Shown here: one piece after another, positions 1 through 10,398 of the stretch | Numbering within the stretch: position 1 is the stretch's first letter | Layout of the letters: every line of letters starts with the position of its first letter | Assembly: GCA_030704845.1 (NCBI GenBank) | Contig: JAUYKZ010000006.1 | Coordinates: forward strand, 18,046 to 82,045 | DNA length: 64,000 nucleotides | DNA from: an archaeon | GTDB taxonomy: Archaea; Nanobdellota; Nanobdellia; Woesearchaeales; GW2011-AR9 | Reading direction: 5' to 3' | The notes under the pieces: model-generated | The model's input: only the letters and a program-made list of their open reading frames with translations | The model's database searches: none | Told to the model about the DNA's origin: nothing | Position numbers and translations under genes: made by a program

Positions 1-375
1 ATATATGCTAAAAGAAATCTTCCAATACATTATATCACCAACTGGGAAGGAATTGAAACTGTTATTCCAAGCAAAGAAGATTTAAAGGCATACATAGAAA
101 TCGAACGAGAATTTAGGGAAACACCTGATCAAAAACAGAAATTAGAAATTGATTATCGAATAGTTTCTCCACACGGAATGATTGTTATAAGAAATCTTCA
201 GTTAGGATATAACGAAGATGATCTAGTTAAATTCTATGAACACATTACATATCAACAATTAAAAGAGAAAGCCAGTATAGAAAGTAAATCAGAAGCTATC
301 AGAGAAGCAATGAAAAGTATTGCAAGAAGTATGGACGGAATCTGTTCAGTTAATTTTATTGAGAGGAAGAGATAA
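1..375 (+). CDS. 5'-truncated hypothetical protein. The open frame runs from position 1 with no upstream stop. Its C-terminal domain is paralogous to ORF 5867..6658 (LEIDYRIVSPHGMIVI vs LEIDFRIASPHGLITMVF).
   Basis: Frame traced back to nt 1 without a stop; shared motif with 5867..6658. Confidence 0.4.
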   Translation: MYAKRNLPIHYITNWEGIETVIPSKEDLKAYIEIEREFRETPDQKQKLEIDYRIVSPHGMIVIRNLQLGYNEDDLVKFYEHITYQQLKEKASIESKSEAIREAMKSIARSMDGICSVNFIERKR

Positions 376-376
376 A

Positions 377-940
377 ATGCGAGAACTAGATGAAACTAGA
401 AGAGGATATCTTGAACGAGCATTAGAAATGTTAAAGGAATACGAACCTTCAGCAGAATTTATTGAACCATTTTATAGTGGCCCTAGCGCCATTTTACATG
501 TTAAATTAAATGAAGTGGAATATGTTTTCAAACCAGCATTAGTTATAGCAGACAATGAACAGTTACCAAAGGAAGCAAGAATATTAAACGATTTGAGAAA
601 TGTTAGAGGAATAACTCATCTCGTTGAGAAGTATTGTAATAAATTAGGAGTAAGAGCTATATTAAAAGAATTTTTTCCTGGAAAAAAACTAGGATGGCAT
701 GAACAGATTAGAAGTCCTCAACTACGGAAAAAACTTGAAGATACTATTGCAGAAATTCATCAAGTAGGATATGTTCATTTAGATCTTCATGAAGGGAACA
801 TTATTATTAGTGATGATGAAACCAACATTTGTTTTATTGATCCAATTCAAGGCCACACATTAATGTCAACTAGTGAACGAAAAAGAAACATCGACAAATC
901 CTTGTTAAAACAATTATTCTATCCGGCAAATTATATTTAA
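377..940 (+). CDS. Atypical protein-kinase-like fold protein (RIO/Bud32/Kdo-kinase-like). Start placed at the internal Met preceded by GAGG, which avoids overlap with the upstream gene.
   Basis: Catalytic-loop-like VHLDLHEGNIII, DFG-equivalent ICFIDP, YVFKP lysine motif. Confidence 0.45.
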   Translation: MRELDETRRGYLERALEMLKEYEPSAEFIEPFYSGPSAILHVKLNEVEYVFKPALVIADNEQLPKEARILNDLRNVRGITHLVEKYCNKLGVRAILKEFFPGKKLGWHEQIRSPQLRKKLEDTIAEIHQVGYVHLDLHEGNIIISDDETNICFIDPIQGHTLMSTSERKRNIDKSLLKQLFYPANYI

Positions 941-950
941 TAGATTATAT

Positions 951-3900
951 TTAATCATACAACAGTTCTCGGTCATTCCTTCTTTTAACGATAAATAATA
1001 CCAATAATCCAAGTAATACAAGAACAACTAATGCTGAACCGCCAATAGCAATCATGTTTGGATTGAACCAACTTTTCTTACCTGCAATTGCAAAATAAGA
1101 GAAATGTTTCACAACCGCTTCATATTTAACCGGTTCAGAATCTTCAATCATTTCCGTTGGTAAAGATTTCCATTTACCATCTTGGAAAGTCATTAGAACA
1201 ACATCATTAATATCAAAACCTTTTTCTTCAAGCCAATTTCTACTTACAGCAAAAGTTATTACGGCTTCGTCAAGTTCATCATTTTCAATTCCGATATTAA
1301 TATCCAAATATTTGAAAGTGCCATCTAACTCCGGAAGATCTTCCGGCAACTCGTTTAATACATTAACCCTAACGTTAGCTTCTTTTCCAGTCGAGGATGT
1401 TATTTTTAATTGAGTGATAGGTATTGAGGGATGATTAATTTCTATAATGTATGGTTCGCCTTCCGAGACCATATATCTATCTAAGAACTGCCCTTCCTTT
1501 TCAGGAGAATCCTCGTTAACTGCTAAAGGTGATGCTTCCAAACTACTTGTTTGAAGTTCTGGTTCCTGAGCAGATGTTTCTGAAGATTGACTACTTCCGC
1601 CCGAACCACCGCTACCGCCTCCGCCACCACCGGAAGAACTCGATGAACTGGAACTATCAGATGAATCGTCAGAAGAATCGGTTGCAGCTACAGTTGTAAA
1701 TGTATTTGTACTTGAAGTTTCACAATTTCCAACATCATCACAAGAAGTTACCTTGTAAGAATATTCTGTACCAGCCGTAAGACCAGATAAATCAATATCG
1801 TGAGAATCTGTGAATGAAGTACTTTCTTCAATTAAATTGAGACTGCCGTTAACCCCATATTCAACTGATGAATTTGCATCTTCATCAGTAGTCCAAGTGA
1901 TTGTTGTTTCTGTTTCAGTAGGTGCCCCAGCACTAATACTACTAACACTTGGAGAAGTTAAATCAACCGCGATTGTAAAATTAGATGAAGCGAATGATGA
2001 ATGAGAACTGTTGTCTGTAGCTAAACAATTCCAAACGAAATCTCCTTCAGTTAGAGTTTGATCAAATGTATGGTTTGTTTCAGTTACCGTTTCTACTGCT
2101 TGCCATGAACCACCCCAATCCGTATAAATAGTTAAATTCTCGATAACAGCATCATCCGTTGCCGAACAGGTAAATGATATGGTTGATGAAGAAGTTTTAT
2201 CTTCATTTGCAGGGGATTCAAGAGTTACTTGAGGGATTGTATTAATTACATTGAGGGTATTATTTTCAGAGAAACCGACATTTCCTACAACATCATCACA
2301 ATAAACTTGCCAAATATGTTCACTGAACAAAAAATTGTTAACAAAATTTAATGAATCATTTACAGTGATATTATTATCTGTGCTAACTAATGTACCATCA
2401 ACAAGAAGAGAACAAGAAGTTACCTCAGAGTCGTCAGTAACATGATATAATAAGGATAAAGATGATTCTTCAGAAGAACTTCCGTTAAGTGGTGATTCTA
2501 ATTCTACTGTTGGAGCAGTAATATCTACAACAATATTTCTTAATTCGCTATCGTTCAAATTACCTAAAGAATCTTCCGCAAGAACGGTTATTATTTGTGA
2601 CCCCTCATTAAGTGCAGAAAGATTTAATGAAACTAACCATTCGGTGCCATCTTGAGTAGAAGTAACTAATGAAGATTCATTTCCATTACCATTAGTAATA
2701 TTAAATTGAACAGAGATTATAGATGAAGCCGTATCAACCACGGTTACATTCAATATTAATTCGCCAGATCCTACAACTTGCCCTTCTTGAGGAGAATTAA
2801 AAGTTACCGAAGGCGGAACATTATCAACTTGAAAACTTCTAGATTCTGTTGTGCCAAAAAGATTTGTTGAATCATTACCGAATACTTTGAAGGAGTATGA
2901 TGCAACCGCAAGATCGGATTGAGATAAACTAAAATGGGTTAAATTAACCATAGTCATTGAAAAATTTTCAGAAGTGCCATTCTCATTTGTCCATTGAAGG
3001 ATTGCTGCGTTTAAAGAAACATCTGAAGTAACCGAGATGGTAACGTTATTTCCAGTTAAAGAATTATCGGCAGGGACATTCTCATCAAAATTAATTAACG
3101 GTTTAATTGCTTGATAAAGATCAATCCTGGAATAATTTCTGCCAGAACTTGCAGTATCGTCAATAACTGCACCTGTTAAGAATAATTTATTTTCTAACTC
3201 TGAAGGAGACGGTACAAGATTATAAGCTAATTTCCAATATTGATGCAATAACGCAATCGAACCGGAAACGTGTGGGGTAGCCATTGATGTTCCGGAAGAT
3301 GTTGCCAGTCCTCCGCCAAGATATGGGGCGGTGATTGAAATACCTGGAGCGAGAAGATTAAGAATTAATCCGCGATTGAATGAAATACTATCTGCACCAT
3401 TTACTGCGCCAACGGGAGTTACATTTTCTACACATGCCGGACTGCTTATACCATTTGTGTAGCCATTATTTCCAGATGCGATAACCACGCTAACATTATT
3501 TTCTACAGCTAGATTTATTGATGGGTTGAATGGGTCGTCACTACAATAAGAATTGTGCGGGGTTGAATCGCCAATACTGATACTAATTACGGAGATGTTA
3601 TATTCCTCAGCTTTACTAATACAATAATCAATTCCAGCGATAACATCGTCAGCAGAACAAGATCCCGCAGAGTTACATACTTTCACTGCAACAATTCCTG
3701 CTTCATAAGCTACACCCCGATAAGTACTATGATTACCCGCAGCAATCCCCGCTACATGAGTTCCGTGACCACGATCATCTTCCGCCGTATTTGCTTCAGA
3801 AGTCCCATTAATGCAACATCCACCGCCTATATTACAATAACAATATTGGTCAAGAATTCTACCTTCAAATGCTGGATGGTCCGTGTCAATCCCAGTATCA

Positions 3901-4331
3901 ACTATACAAATAGATTCACCGGCCCCGGTAATTTTCTGCCCATTAATTTCATAACTTTGAACATCGTCAGCATTTATTTGAGGTATACTTTCATCAAGTA
4001 AGATTTGGTATATTTTATTTTCGTGAATAGATTCAACGTTAGGGTTATCTTCTAATTTATTAAGAGTTTCTTGATCAACAGTCGTACTAAAACCGGATGA
4101 AAGATTTCTGGAGATTAAAATATCTTTATCTTCATTAAAAATAGAAAACATTCCGCCATTGTTAAGATCATCAATGACTTCTTGTTGTGTTCCTTCTTTA
4201 ACTGTAACAATTACTGAAACTTGACCATTCTCTTGAGCTGTTTGGACAACTGAATTTTCAATATCGGCTGCAATTGCAGACATTGAAAGTAGAATGAGTA
4301 CAAATAGAACAACCAAACCACCTTTTCTCAT
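951..4331 (-). CDS. Giant secreted S8 subtilisin-like serine protease. It has a signal peptide, multiple Ig-like repeats, a long Ser/Asp/Gly linker, a PGF-pre-PGF-like C-terminal domain and a C-terminal TM anchor with a KRR stop-transfer.
   Basis: Catalytic triad motifs DTGIDTDHP, HGTHVAGIAAG, GTSMATPHVSG; N-terminal signal peptide; C-terminal hydrophobic helix + KRRNDRE. Confidence 0.85.
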   Translation of the reverse strand: MRKGGLVVLFVLILLSMSAIAADIENSVVQTAQENGQVSVIVTVKEGTQQEVIDDLNNGGMFSIFNEDKDILISRNLSSGFSTTVDQETLNKLEDNPNVESIHENKIYQILLDESIPQINADDVQSYEINGQKITGAGESICIVDTGIDTDHPAFEGRILDQYCYCNIGGGCCINGTSEANTAEDDRGHGTHVAGIAAGNHSTYRGVAYEAGIVAVKVCNSAGSCSADDVIAGIDYCISKAEEYNISVISISIGDSTPHNSYCSDDPFNPSINLAVENNVSVVIASGNNGYTNGISSPACVENVTPVGAVNGADSISFNRGLILNLLAPGISITAPYLGGGLATSSGTSMATPHVSGSIALLHQYWKLAYNLVPSPSELENKLFLTGAVIDDTASSGRNYSRIDLYQAIKPLINFDENVPADNSLTGNNVTISVTSDVSLNAAILQWTNENGTSENFSMTMVNLTHFSLSQSDLAVASYSFKVFGNDSTNLFGTTESRSFQVDNVPPSVTFNSPQEGQVVGSGELILNVTVVDTASSIISVQFNITNGNGNESSLVTSTQDGTEWLVSLNLSALNEGSQIITVLAEDSLGNLNDSELRNIVVDITAPTVELESPLNGSSSEESSLSLLYHVTDDSEVTSCSLLVDGTLVSTDNNITVNDSLNFVNNFLFSEHIWQVYCDDVVGNVGFSENNTLNVINTIPQVTLESPANEDKTSSSTISFTCSATDDAVIENLTIYTDWGGSWQAVETVTETNHTFDQTLTEGDFVWNCLATDNSSHSSFASSNFTIAVDLTSPSVSSISAGAPTETETTITWTTDEDANSSVEYGVNGSLNLIEESTSFTDSHDIDLSGLTAGTEYSYKVTSCDDVGNCETSSTNTFTTVAATDSSDDSSDSSSSSSSSGGGGGGSGGSGGSSQSSETSAQEPELQTSSLEASPLAVNEDSPEKEGQFLDRYMVSEGEPYIIEINHPSIPITQLKITSSTGKEANVRVNVLNELPEDLPELDGTFKYLDINIGIENDELDEAVITFAVSRNWLEEKGFDINDVVLMTFQDGKWKSLPTEMIEDSEPVKYEAVVKHFSYFAIAGKKSWFNPNMIAIGGSALVVLVLLGLLVLFIVKRRNDRELLYD

Positions 4332-4334
4332 TTT

Positions 4335-5255
4335 CTAAATAAGCATAATTCCTTGCCCTGCCTCCTCTTTTAATTGTGACGCGAATCCTTCGCCGATATG
4401 AAATGAAAATGAGGAAAACACACTGGTTAATAAATCTAACAGTCCCGTCGGCGGTTGATAAGTAACATAAGAAATTTCTTGTAATCCATATTTTGTTCTG
4501 AGATATTGTTCTGCAGTTGAAAGATCTCCCAATTGATCAATTAATCCAAGGTTTAATGCTTCCACACCTAAATAAAATTCTCCTGTAGCCAAACGAGCAA
4601 TTTCTTCCCGAGGAATATTTCTGTTTTCTGAAACTTCGTCAACAAAAAATTCATGAATAAATTGGATTTTATTCTGAAGAATATTTTTTTCAGTTGGTTG
4701 TAGACTTTTGAATGGAGTTCCAAGATCCTTAAATGGTCCGGAAACGAGACGTTCATAACCTACCCCGTAATCTTCCATCATACCACTGAATTCTAAATAA
4801 GATGATATTACGCCAATACTTCCAGTGATTGACATCCTATTTGCAATAATATAATCGGTTGAAGAAGCTATCCAATATCCACCAGAAGCACCAGCTTCTC
4901 TGATAACAGCAACTGTTGGTTTGGTAGATTTTTTTACAGCCGATGCAATTTCATCTGATGCTACAGCTGAACCGCCGGGAGAGTTAATTTCTAGAATGAT
5001 AGCTTGAATATGAGAATCTCTTTCAGCATCCGCCAGAAATTCTGTAATTTGAGATGAAGAAACGGTTGTTTGACCAAGAGTGCTTGCTCCGCCATCTGTA
5101 GTAATTACTCCCTCAATTGGTATAATTGCAACGTTGCCTTTAGATGATGGCCCATCATCAAATAATATTGGGATTAAGAGGAATAATATAATTATGGGAC
5201 CAAGGGTATAAAGAATTATTTTAACGGTATCTCTCTTACGATCCCTCTTTTTCAT
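4335..5255 (-). CDS. sppA: Signal peptide peptidase SppA (S49 family, 36K type). Lies 3 nt upstream of the S8 protease gene, so likely the same operon.
   Basis: LEINSPGGSAVASDEIASAV and GASGGYWIASSTDYIIANRMSITGSIGV motifs; N-terminal TM. Confidence 0.8.
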   Translation of the reverse strand: MKKRDRKRDTVKIILYTLGPIIILFLLIPILFDDGPSSKGNVAIIPIEGVITTDGGASTLGQTTVSSSQITEFLADAERDSHIQAIILEINSPGGSAVASDEIASAVKKSTKPTVAVIREAGASGGYWIASSTDYIIANRMSITGSIGVISSYLEFSGMMEDYGVGYERLVSGPFKDLGTPFKSLQPTEKNILQNKIQFIHEFFVDEVSENRNIPREEIARLATGEFYLGVEALNLGLIDQLGDLSTAEQYLRTKYGLQEISYVTYQPPTGLLDLLTSVFSSFSFHIGEGFASQLKEEAGQGIMLI

Positions 5256-5352
5256 AGGAAAAGTTAAAAGAAAGAGGTATTTAAATGTTTCTTGGAAAAC
5301 CTCAGTGCCTAAAAGGGAAAGTTTTATAAGTAATTACTGAGGGGAAGATTTT

Positions 5353-5856
5353 ATGATATACAAATCACCAGAAGAACGCAGAATAAGAAAACTAACAGAA
5401 TGGGAAGAAAGAGTATCTAGAGAAATCTCCCCAAAGCTAGAATTCTTGAAAGAAGGTGCCAGAAATTCATTATTTAAAATCCCAATTAGCTACCAGATTT
5501 ACATTAAATATCACGAAACCCACATGCATGCTTTAGTTGCAAAACTGGAAGATTTTCAAGATGGACTTTTGGTCTATGTAGAGAGCGGTTCTCAGCATGA
5601 CGATTTACGATTATATCAAATTCCCAAAGTTCTAACAGAGGCTAGAGCCGAACCGGTAAGAGTTATAGGAAGCTACGAGAGAATAAGTAAGAGAATAGAA
5701 TCAATATTTATTCCGAGAGATGCAATATTATCTGCTTCTTATCAAGGAACATTTGAAGACTTGATTACAAATCCAAATATTAGCTTACGTTTACCAGAAG
5801 ATAAGAATTTGGCTGAGAAAATTCTTGAAGAGATTGAGAGATTAACGAATGCTTAA
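5353..5856 (+). CDS. Hypothetical protein
   Basis: Intact ORF with a TTTTATAA box ~30 nt upstream; no recognisable motif. Confidence 0.4.
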   Translation: MIYKSPEERRIRKLTEWEERVSREISPKLEFLKEGARNSLFKIPISYQIYIKYHETHMHALVAKLEDFQDGLLVYVESGSQHDDLRLYQIPKVLTEARAEPVRVIGSYERISKRIESIFIPRDAILSASYQGTFEDLITNPNISLRLPEDKNLAEKILEEIERLTNA

Positions 5857-5866
5857 ATAATCAAAA

Positions 5867-6658
5867 ATGGCAACAACTATTTATTACAATACTAACAGCG
5901 GGGAACCCTTTAGAGATTTAAGTAGGGATAGAAAAAAACTTTTCTTATCAACAGAACCATACTTCATAAAAAGAAGCCGTGAAGACGAAGAAAGAGATCT
6001 GGAAGAACTTGTTGACACGGAAGAAAATGAAGGCGTATGGTTATTTGATGCTAAAGGATCAAGATGGTATAATTTGGTTCAAAGACAATCTAAATTAGAA
6101 GAAAATGGAGAGATAGTAGAACTGTCTTGTGAGACTATCCCTCTTGAAGCTGTCGACGGGATGCAGTTAAAAGTAGAGAATTGCAGCCATTATCATACTC
6201 ACCCCCTAAAAATCGGTGAAATATTTAAAAGACAGATTAAACAAAGAGAAACAACATCTGATAAACCACTTTCAGAGAAAGAAAAAAGATTCATAGATTG
6301 CAGTGTTGCTATAAATCTATCTCTGCCTTCATTAGACGATATAAGAACTTATAAAAACATTTTAAAGAGACTTCCCGTATTAGAGATAGATTTCAGAATA
6401 GCCTCCCCACACGGATTAATAACGATGGTTTTTAAGAACGGAGCAATAGAAGCAGATGAGACCTATCAAAATTACCATAAAATGAGAGAAAATGGACTTC
6501 AGGTAACACACTCAAAAGACTGGTTTTACTCATCAGAATACGAAAGCCATGCTGTCTTGCAAGGAATTCAATATTTCAGAAGCGTAATGAAGCCGTATTT
6601 AAAGATAGATTTCAAATTTAGAGAAGAATTAGCAAAGAGACCATTTGGATTTATATGA
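5867..6658 (+). CDS. Hypothetical protein. Paralogous domain to the truncated ORF at 1..375. Contains HYHTHP, a weak resemblance to the JAMM H-S/T-H-P motif, but the rest of the motif is not conserved.
   Basis: Shared LEID(F/Y)RI(A/V)SPHG motif; HYHTHP. Confidence 0.4.
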   Translation: MATTIYYNTNSGEPFRDLSRDRKKLFLSTEPYFIKRSREDEERDLEELVDTEENEGVWLFDAKGSRWYNLVQRQSKLEENGEIVELSCETIPLEAVDGMQLKVENCSHYHTHPLKIGEIFKRQIKQRETTSDKPLSEKEKRFIDCSVAINLSLPSLDDIRTYKNILKRLPVLEIDFRIASPHGLITMVFKNGAIEADETYQNYHKMRENGLQVTHSKDWFYSSEYESHAVLQGIQYFRSVMKPYLKIDFKFREELAKRPFGFI

Positions 6659-6675
6659 TCTTAGCCGATTTTCCC

Positions 6676-6701
6676 AAAACATTTATAAATAACCACCTTC
6701 T
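6676..6701 (+). promoter_or_regulatory. Candidate archaeal BRE/TATA promoter for the ribosomal-protein operon (AAAACATTTATAAAT)
   Basis: Same AAACATTTATAAA motif recurs upstream of the rRNA operon and the L41e gene. Confidence 0.35.
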
Positions 6702-6778
6702 CAAACCAATAATCAGCCCGAGTTAACGCGCTTTAGGGTTCAAAAGATTATTCTTGAGCTGACTATAATATTCATAAA

Positions 6779-7243
6779 ATGGCAGAACAACCAAAAGAAA
6801 ATTTCAAGTATATTGTTAGGATTGCAAACGTTGATATTCCTGGAGAGAAACAAGTTCGTATTGCTCTCACTAAAATAAAAGGAATTGGAACAAATCTTGC
6901 AGATGTATTATGTACCCTAGCTGGAATTAATAAATCTGCTAAGACAGGTAATCTTTCTGACAAAGATATTGCTTCTTTAAATACAATTGTTTCTGATCCA
7001 TTAAAACATGGTCTTCCAACTTGGTTTGTTAACAGAAGGAAAGATTATGAAACAGGAGAAACAACTCATCTTATTACGGGAAAATTACAATTCACTCAAG
7101 ATAATGATCTTAAAAGATTAAAGAAAATTAAAACTCTTAGAGGAGCTAGACATCAGAAAGGCCTTACAGTAAGAGGTCAAAGAACAAGGTCTAATTTCAG
7201 AAAGAGTAAAGGTAAGGTAATTGGTGTTAAGAAGAAGAAATAG
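6779..7243 (+). CDS. rps13: 30S ribosomal protein S13 (uS13)
   Basis: IRIANVDIPGEKQVRIALTKIKGIG signature; operon context. Confidence 0.9.
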   Translation: MAEQPKENFKYIVRIANVDIPGEKQVRIALTKIKGIGTNLADVLCTLAGINKSAKTGNLSDKDIASLNTIVSDPLKHGLPTWFVNRRKDYETGETTHLITGKLQFTQDNDLKRLKKIKTLRGARHQKGLTVRGQRTRSNFRKSKGKVIGVKKKK

Positions 7244-7254
7244 GTGAACATTAA

Positions 7255-7872
7255 ATGGGAGATCCAAAAAAGTTTAGGAAAAAGTACGAAACTCCAATGC
7301 ATCCTTGGAAAAAGAATGTTATTGAAGAAGAGAAACAGTTAAAACGAGACTTTGGACTTAACACTCAAAAAGAAATTCTTATCGCTAAAACATTTTTAAA
7401 GAAATATAAAAATATTGCAAAAAGATTAATTGCTCAAAAAACAGCACAGGGATTAAAAGAAAAAGAGCAAATTTTGGGTAAATTACAACGCTTAGGTTTC
7501 CTTCCTGTTGGATCAGATCTTGATCAAATTCTAAATTTGGGTATAACTGATGTTCTTAACAGAAGACTTCAAAGCGTAGTAACAAAGAAAGGCTTAGCAA
7601 GAACATCAAAACAAGCAAGACAATTTATTGTACACAGACATATTGTTATTGGAGATAAAGAAATCACCTCACCATCATATTTAATTTCTCTTGAAGAAGA
7701 ATCTCTTGTTGGTTTTAAAACAAAATCAACTTTAGCTAGTGAAGATCATCCTGAAAGAGTTACCGTTGAAAAACCAAAAGAAGATAAAAAGAAAGAAATT
7801 AAAACAGAAGAACCTCAAAGAGAAGAATTTACTGAAGAAGAATTAGCTCCAGTAAAGGAATTGGAGATTTAG
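7255..7872 (+). CDS. rps4: 30S ribosomal protein S4 (uS4), with a Lys/Glu-rich C-terminal extension
   Basis: Archaeal S4 N-terminus [14 protein letters not shown]; S4 domain; operon order S13-S4-S11. Confidence 0.9.
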   Translation: MGDPKKFRKKYETPMHPWKKNVIEEEKQLKRDFGLNTQKEILIAKTFLKKYKNIAKRLIAQKTAQGLKEKEQILGKLQRLGFLPVGSDLDQILNLGITDVLNRRLQSVVTKKGLARTSKQARQFIVHRHIVIGDKEITSPSYLISLEEESLVGFKTKSTLASEDHPERVTVEKPKEDKKKEIKTEEPQREEFTEEELAPVKELEI

Positions 7873-7876
7873 TATA

Positions 7877-8326
7877 ATGGCAAAGAAAGATGCAATAGAA
7901 GAACAAGTTGAACGACAAGATAGACCTATGAGGCAGCAAAGAATACGCTGGGGTATCGCTCACATTTTATCTACATATAACAATACAATCATAACCGTAA
8001 CTGACGTTACAGGAACCGAAACATTAGCAAGATCAAGCGGTGGACAAATTGTAAAATCTGACCGACTTGAAAGTTCACCTTCCGCAGCGATGGGAGTTGC
8101 AAAAAAGATTGCAGAGATTTGTAAAGAAAAAGGTGTTAACGGTTTATTTATCAAAGTTAGAGCAAGAGGAGGTCATAATGGACCTAAAACTCCTGGACCT
8201 GGAGCTCAAGCTGCAATTAGAGCATTATCAAGAGTAGGAATCAGAATTGGAAAAATTGAAGAAGTAACTCCTGAGCCACATAATGGTTGTAGAGTAAAAG
8301 GCGGCCGTCGTGGAAGAAGAGTATAA
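7877..8326 (+). CDS. rps11: 30S ribosomal protein S11 (uS11)
   Basis: [21 protein letters not shown] and C-terminal RGGHNGP S11 motifs. Confidence 0.9.
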   Translation: MAKKDAIEEQVERQDRPMRQQRIRWGIAHILSTYNNTIITVTDVTGTETLARSSGGQIVKSDRLESSPSAAMGVAKKIAEICKEKGVNGLFIKVRARGGHNGPKTPGPGAQAAIRALSRVGIRIGKIEEVTPEPHNGCRVKGGRRGRRV

Positions 8327-9124
8327 TTGGAAAATAATACAATGACAATAAAAATTGAAAAAATCAAAGAAGAGAAGAAAATAAACAAGCTAACTTTTAT
8401 GATTAAAGGAAGCGATGAAGTATTTGCAAATACCATCCGCCGAATGATTTTAGAAGAAGTTCCAGTGCTTGCGATAGAAGATATCGAAGTTAAAGCAAAT
8501 AGTTCAGCTCTTTACGATGAAATGCTTGCATTGAGATTAGGTTTAGTTCCAATTAAAACAGATCTTTCAAGTTACCGATTACCAAAAAATCAAGACGAAA
8601 TTGATGAAAAAAGTGCTCAATGTACCTTACAAATTAAATTAAAAGCAAGTAAGAAAGGATATGTTTATGCTGAAGAAGCAGAAAGCACTGACCCTAAATG
8701 CACCTTTGTTTATCCAAAAATGCCTGTTGGAAAATTACTAGCTAAACAAAAATTAGATTTAGTGATGACAGCAGTTATGGGAAAAGGACGAGATCACGCT
8801 AAATGGATCCCAGGATGGGCGTTCTATAGGAACGAACAAAAATTGAAAATTGGAAAAGTAAAAGATGCGGGATTATTGTTAAGCAAATGTACAGATGGAG
8901 TTTTCAAGAAAGACGGTTTAGGCTTGACTGTTGTTGAAGATAAAGCTGCTGAAAGTAACTTACTTGAATACTATGCCGAACTTGACAGTGGTTTAACTGT
9001 TGAATATACTGATAACATCATATTTACATTAGAAAGCTGGGGACAACTCAGCTGTAAACAATTGCTTGAAGCAAGTGCAGATATACTTGCAGAAAAAGCA
9101 AAAGAGCTTGAAGCTCAGTTATAA
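8327..9124 (+). CDS. rpoD: DNA-directed RNA polymerase subunit D (Rpo3)
   Basis: Position after S11 as in archaeal operons; RpoD-like dimerisation motifs. Confidence 0.85.
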   Translation: MENNTMTIKIEKIKEEKKINKLTFMIKGSDEVFANTIRRMILEEVPVLAIEDIEVKANSSALYDEMLALRLGLVPIKTDLSSYRLPKNQDEIDEKSAQCTLQIKLKASKKGYVYAEEAESTDPKCTFVYPKMPVGKLLAKQKLDLVMTAVMGKGRDHAKWIPGWAFYRNEQKLKIGKVKDAGLLLSKCTDGVFKKDGLGLTVVEDKAAESNLLEYYAELDSGLTVEYTDNIIFTLESWGQLSCKQLLEASADILAEKAKELEAQL

Positions 9125-9151
9125 TAATAATAATAATACGAGACAAATAAA

Positions 9152-9508
9152 ATGAGACGAACAGGACCAACCAACTACCAACTGCAAAATCTGTTGAAGG
9201 AATTAGAGACTAAAGCTCTTAGCAGTAAATTTTGGAAAAGAATTGTTACCGATCTCAAAAAACCTTCTAGACAAAGAAGAACAGTTAATGTTTACAAAAT
9301 TGATAAAGTAGCAAAAGACGGCGATACTGTTATCATTCCTGGAAAAGTTCTAAGCGTAGGTGATTTAACTAAGAAAGTTAATGTTGCTGCCTTTACATTT
9401 TCAACTGAAGCAGCTAAAAAAATTACCGATGCTAAAGGAACAATTATGACAATTGAAGAACTCCTTAAACAAAATCCTGATGGAAAGAAAGTGAGGATAC
9501 TTGGATAA
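9152..9508 (+). CDS. rpl18e: 50S ribosomal protein L18e (eL18)
   Basis: Conserved archaeal position RpoD-L18e-L13-S9-RpoN; basic N-terminus. Confidence 0.85.
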   Translation: MRRTGPTNYQLQNLLKELETKALSSKFWKRIVTDLKKPSRQRRTVNVYKIDKVAKDGDTVIIPGKVLSVGDLTKKVNVAAFTFSTEAAKKITDAKGTIMTIEELLKQNPDGKKVRILG

Positions 9509-9932
9509 AATGAAAGTATACGACGGAAAAGATATGATCCTTGGACGACTTGCATCACAAGTTGCAAAAGATTTACTCTTAGGAGAAGAAGTTGCTATTG
9601 TAAACTGTGAATCTGTTGTTATCAGCGGACGTAAAATAAATACTGTTGAGCGTGAAACACAGAAAAGAGATCGAAAAGGATATCCATTAAAAAGTGCTAA
9701 ACATCCAAGACTTCCAGACAGATTTGTAAGAAGAATTATCCGAGGAATGCTTCCATGGAAATTTACAAGAGGTAAAGAAGCTTACAAACGAGTAATGTGT
9801 TACAGAGGAGTTCCAGACGAATTTGTAAATCAACCATTAATCACAATTAAAAAAGCATCATCTAAAAAACTGCCTACCCTAAGATATATGACGGTGGGAG
9901 AAGTTTGCAAAACTATTGGTGGTAAAGCATAA
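9501..9932 (+). CDS. rpl13: 50S ribosomal protein L13 (uL13)
   Basis: ILGRLASQVAKDLLLGEEVAIVNCE L13 signature. Confidence 0.9.
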   Translation: MDKMKVYDGKDMILGRLASQVAKDLLLGEEVAIVNCESVVISGRKINTVERETQKRDRKGYPLKSAKHPRLPDRFVRRIIRGMLPWKFTRGKEAYKRVMCYRGVPDEFVNQPLITIKKASSKKLPTLRYMTVGEVCKTIGGKA

Positions 9933-10327
9933 TGAAAGGATTTATTCAAGAACAAGGTAAAAGGAAACAAGCAATTGCTAGAGCTACTATTCAGTCTGGG
10001 TCTGGTAAAGTTTCAATCAATGGACAAGAATTATCATCTTTTGGAAATGATATGGTGCGATTAAGAATCAGCGAACCATTAGTATTAGCTGGAGATGTTG
10101 TAAAAACTGTAAATATTAATGTAAACTCTCGTGGTGGAGGAATTTACGGACAAGCGGATGCAATTAGGTTAGCAATTGCTAGAGCTTTAGTTGAAAATGA
10201 TAAAAAATTGAAGAAAACATTCACAGAATACGACCGTTTATTACTTGTTGCAGACGTTAGACGTAAAGAAACTTGTAAACCTAACGATTCAAAAGCTAGA
10301 GCTAAGAGACAAAAATCATACAGGTAG
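9932..10327 (+). CDS. rps9: 30S ribosomal protein S9 (uS9)
   Basis: GGGIYGQADAIRLAIARAL and C-terminal KRQKSYR S9 signatures. Confidence 0.9.
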   Translation: MKGFIQEQGKRKQAIARATIQSGSGKVSINGQELSSFGNDMVRLRISEPLVLAGDVVKTVNINVNSRGGGIYGQADAIRLAIARALVENDKKLKKTFTEYDRLLLVADVRRKETCKPNDSKARAKRQKSYR

Positions 10328-10398
10328 AGGAATTAAAAAATGATTACAATAAAAATTCACAAATTTTTAAGCAACCATTGCTTCACTGAGGTGGAACA

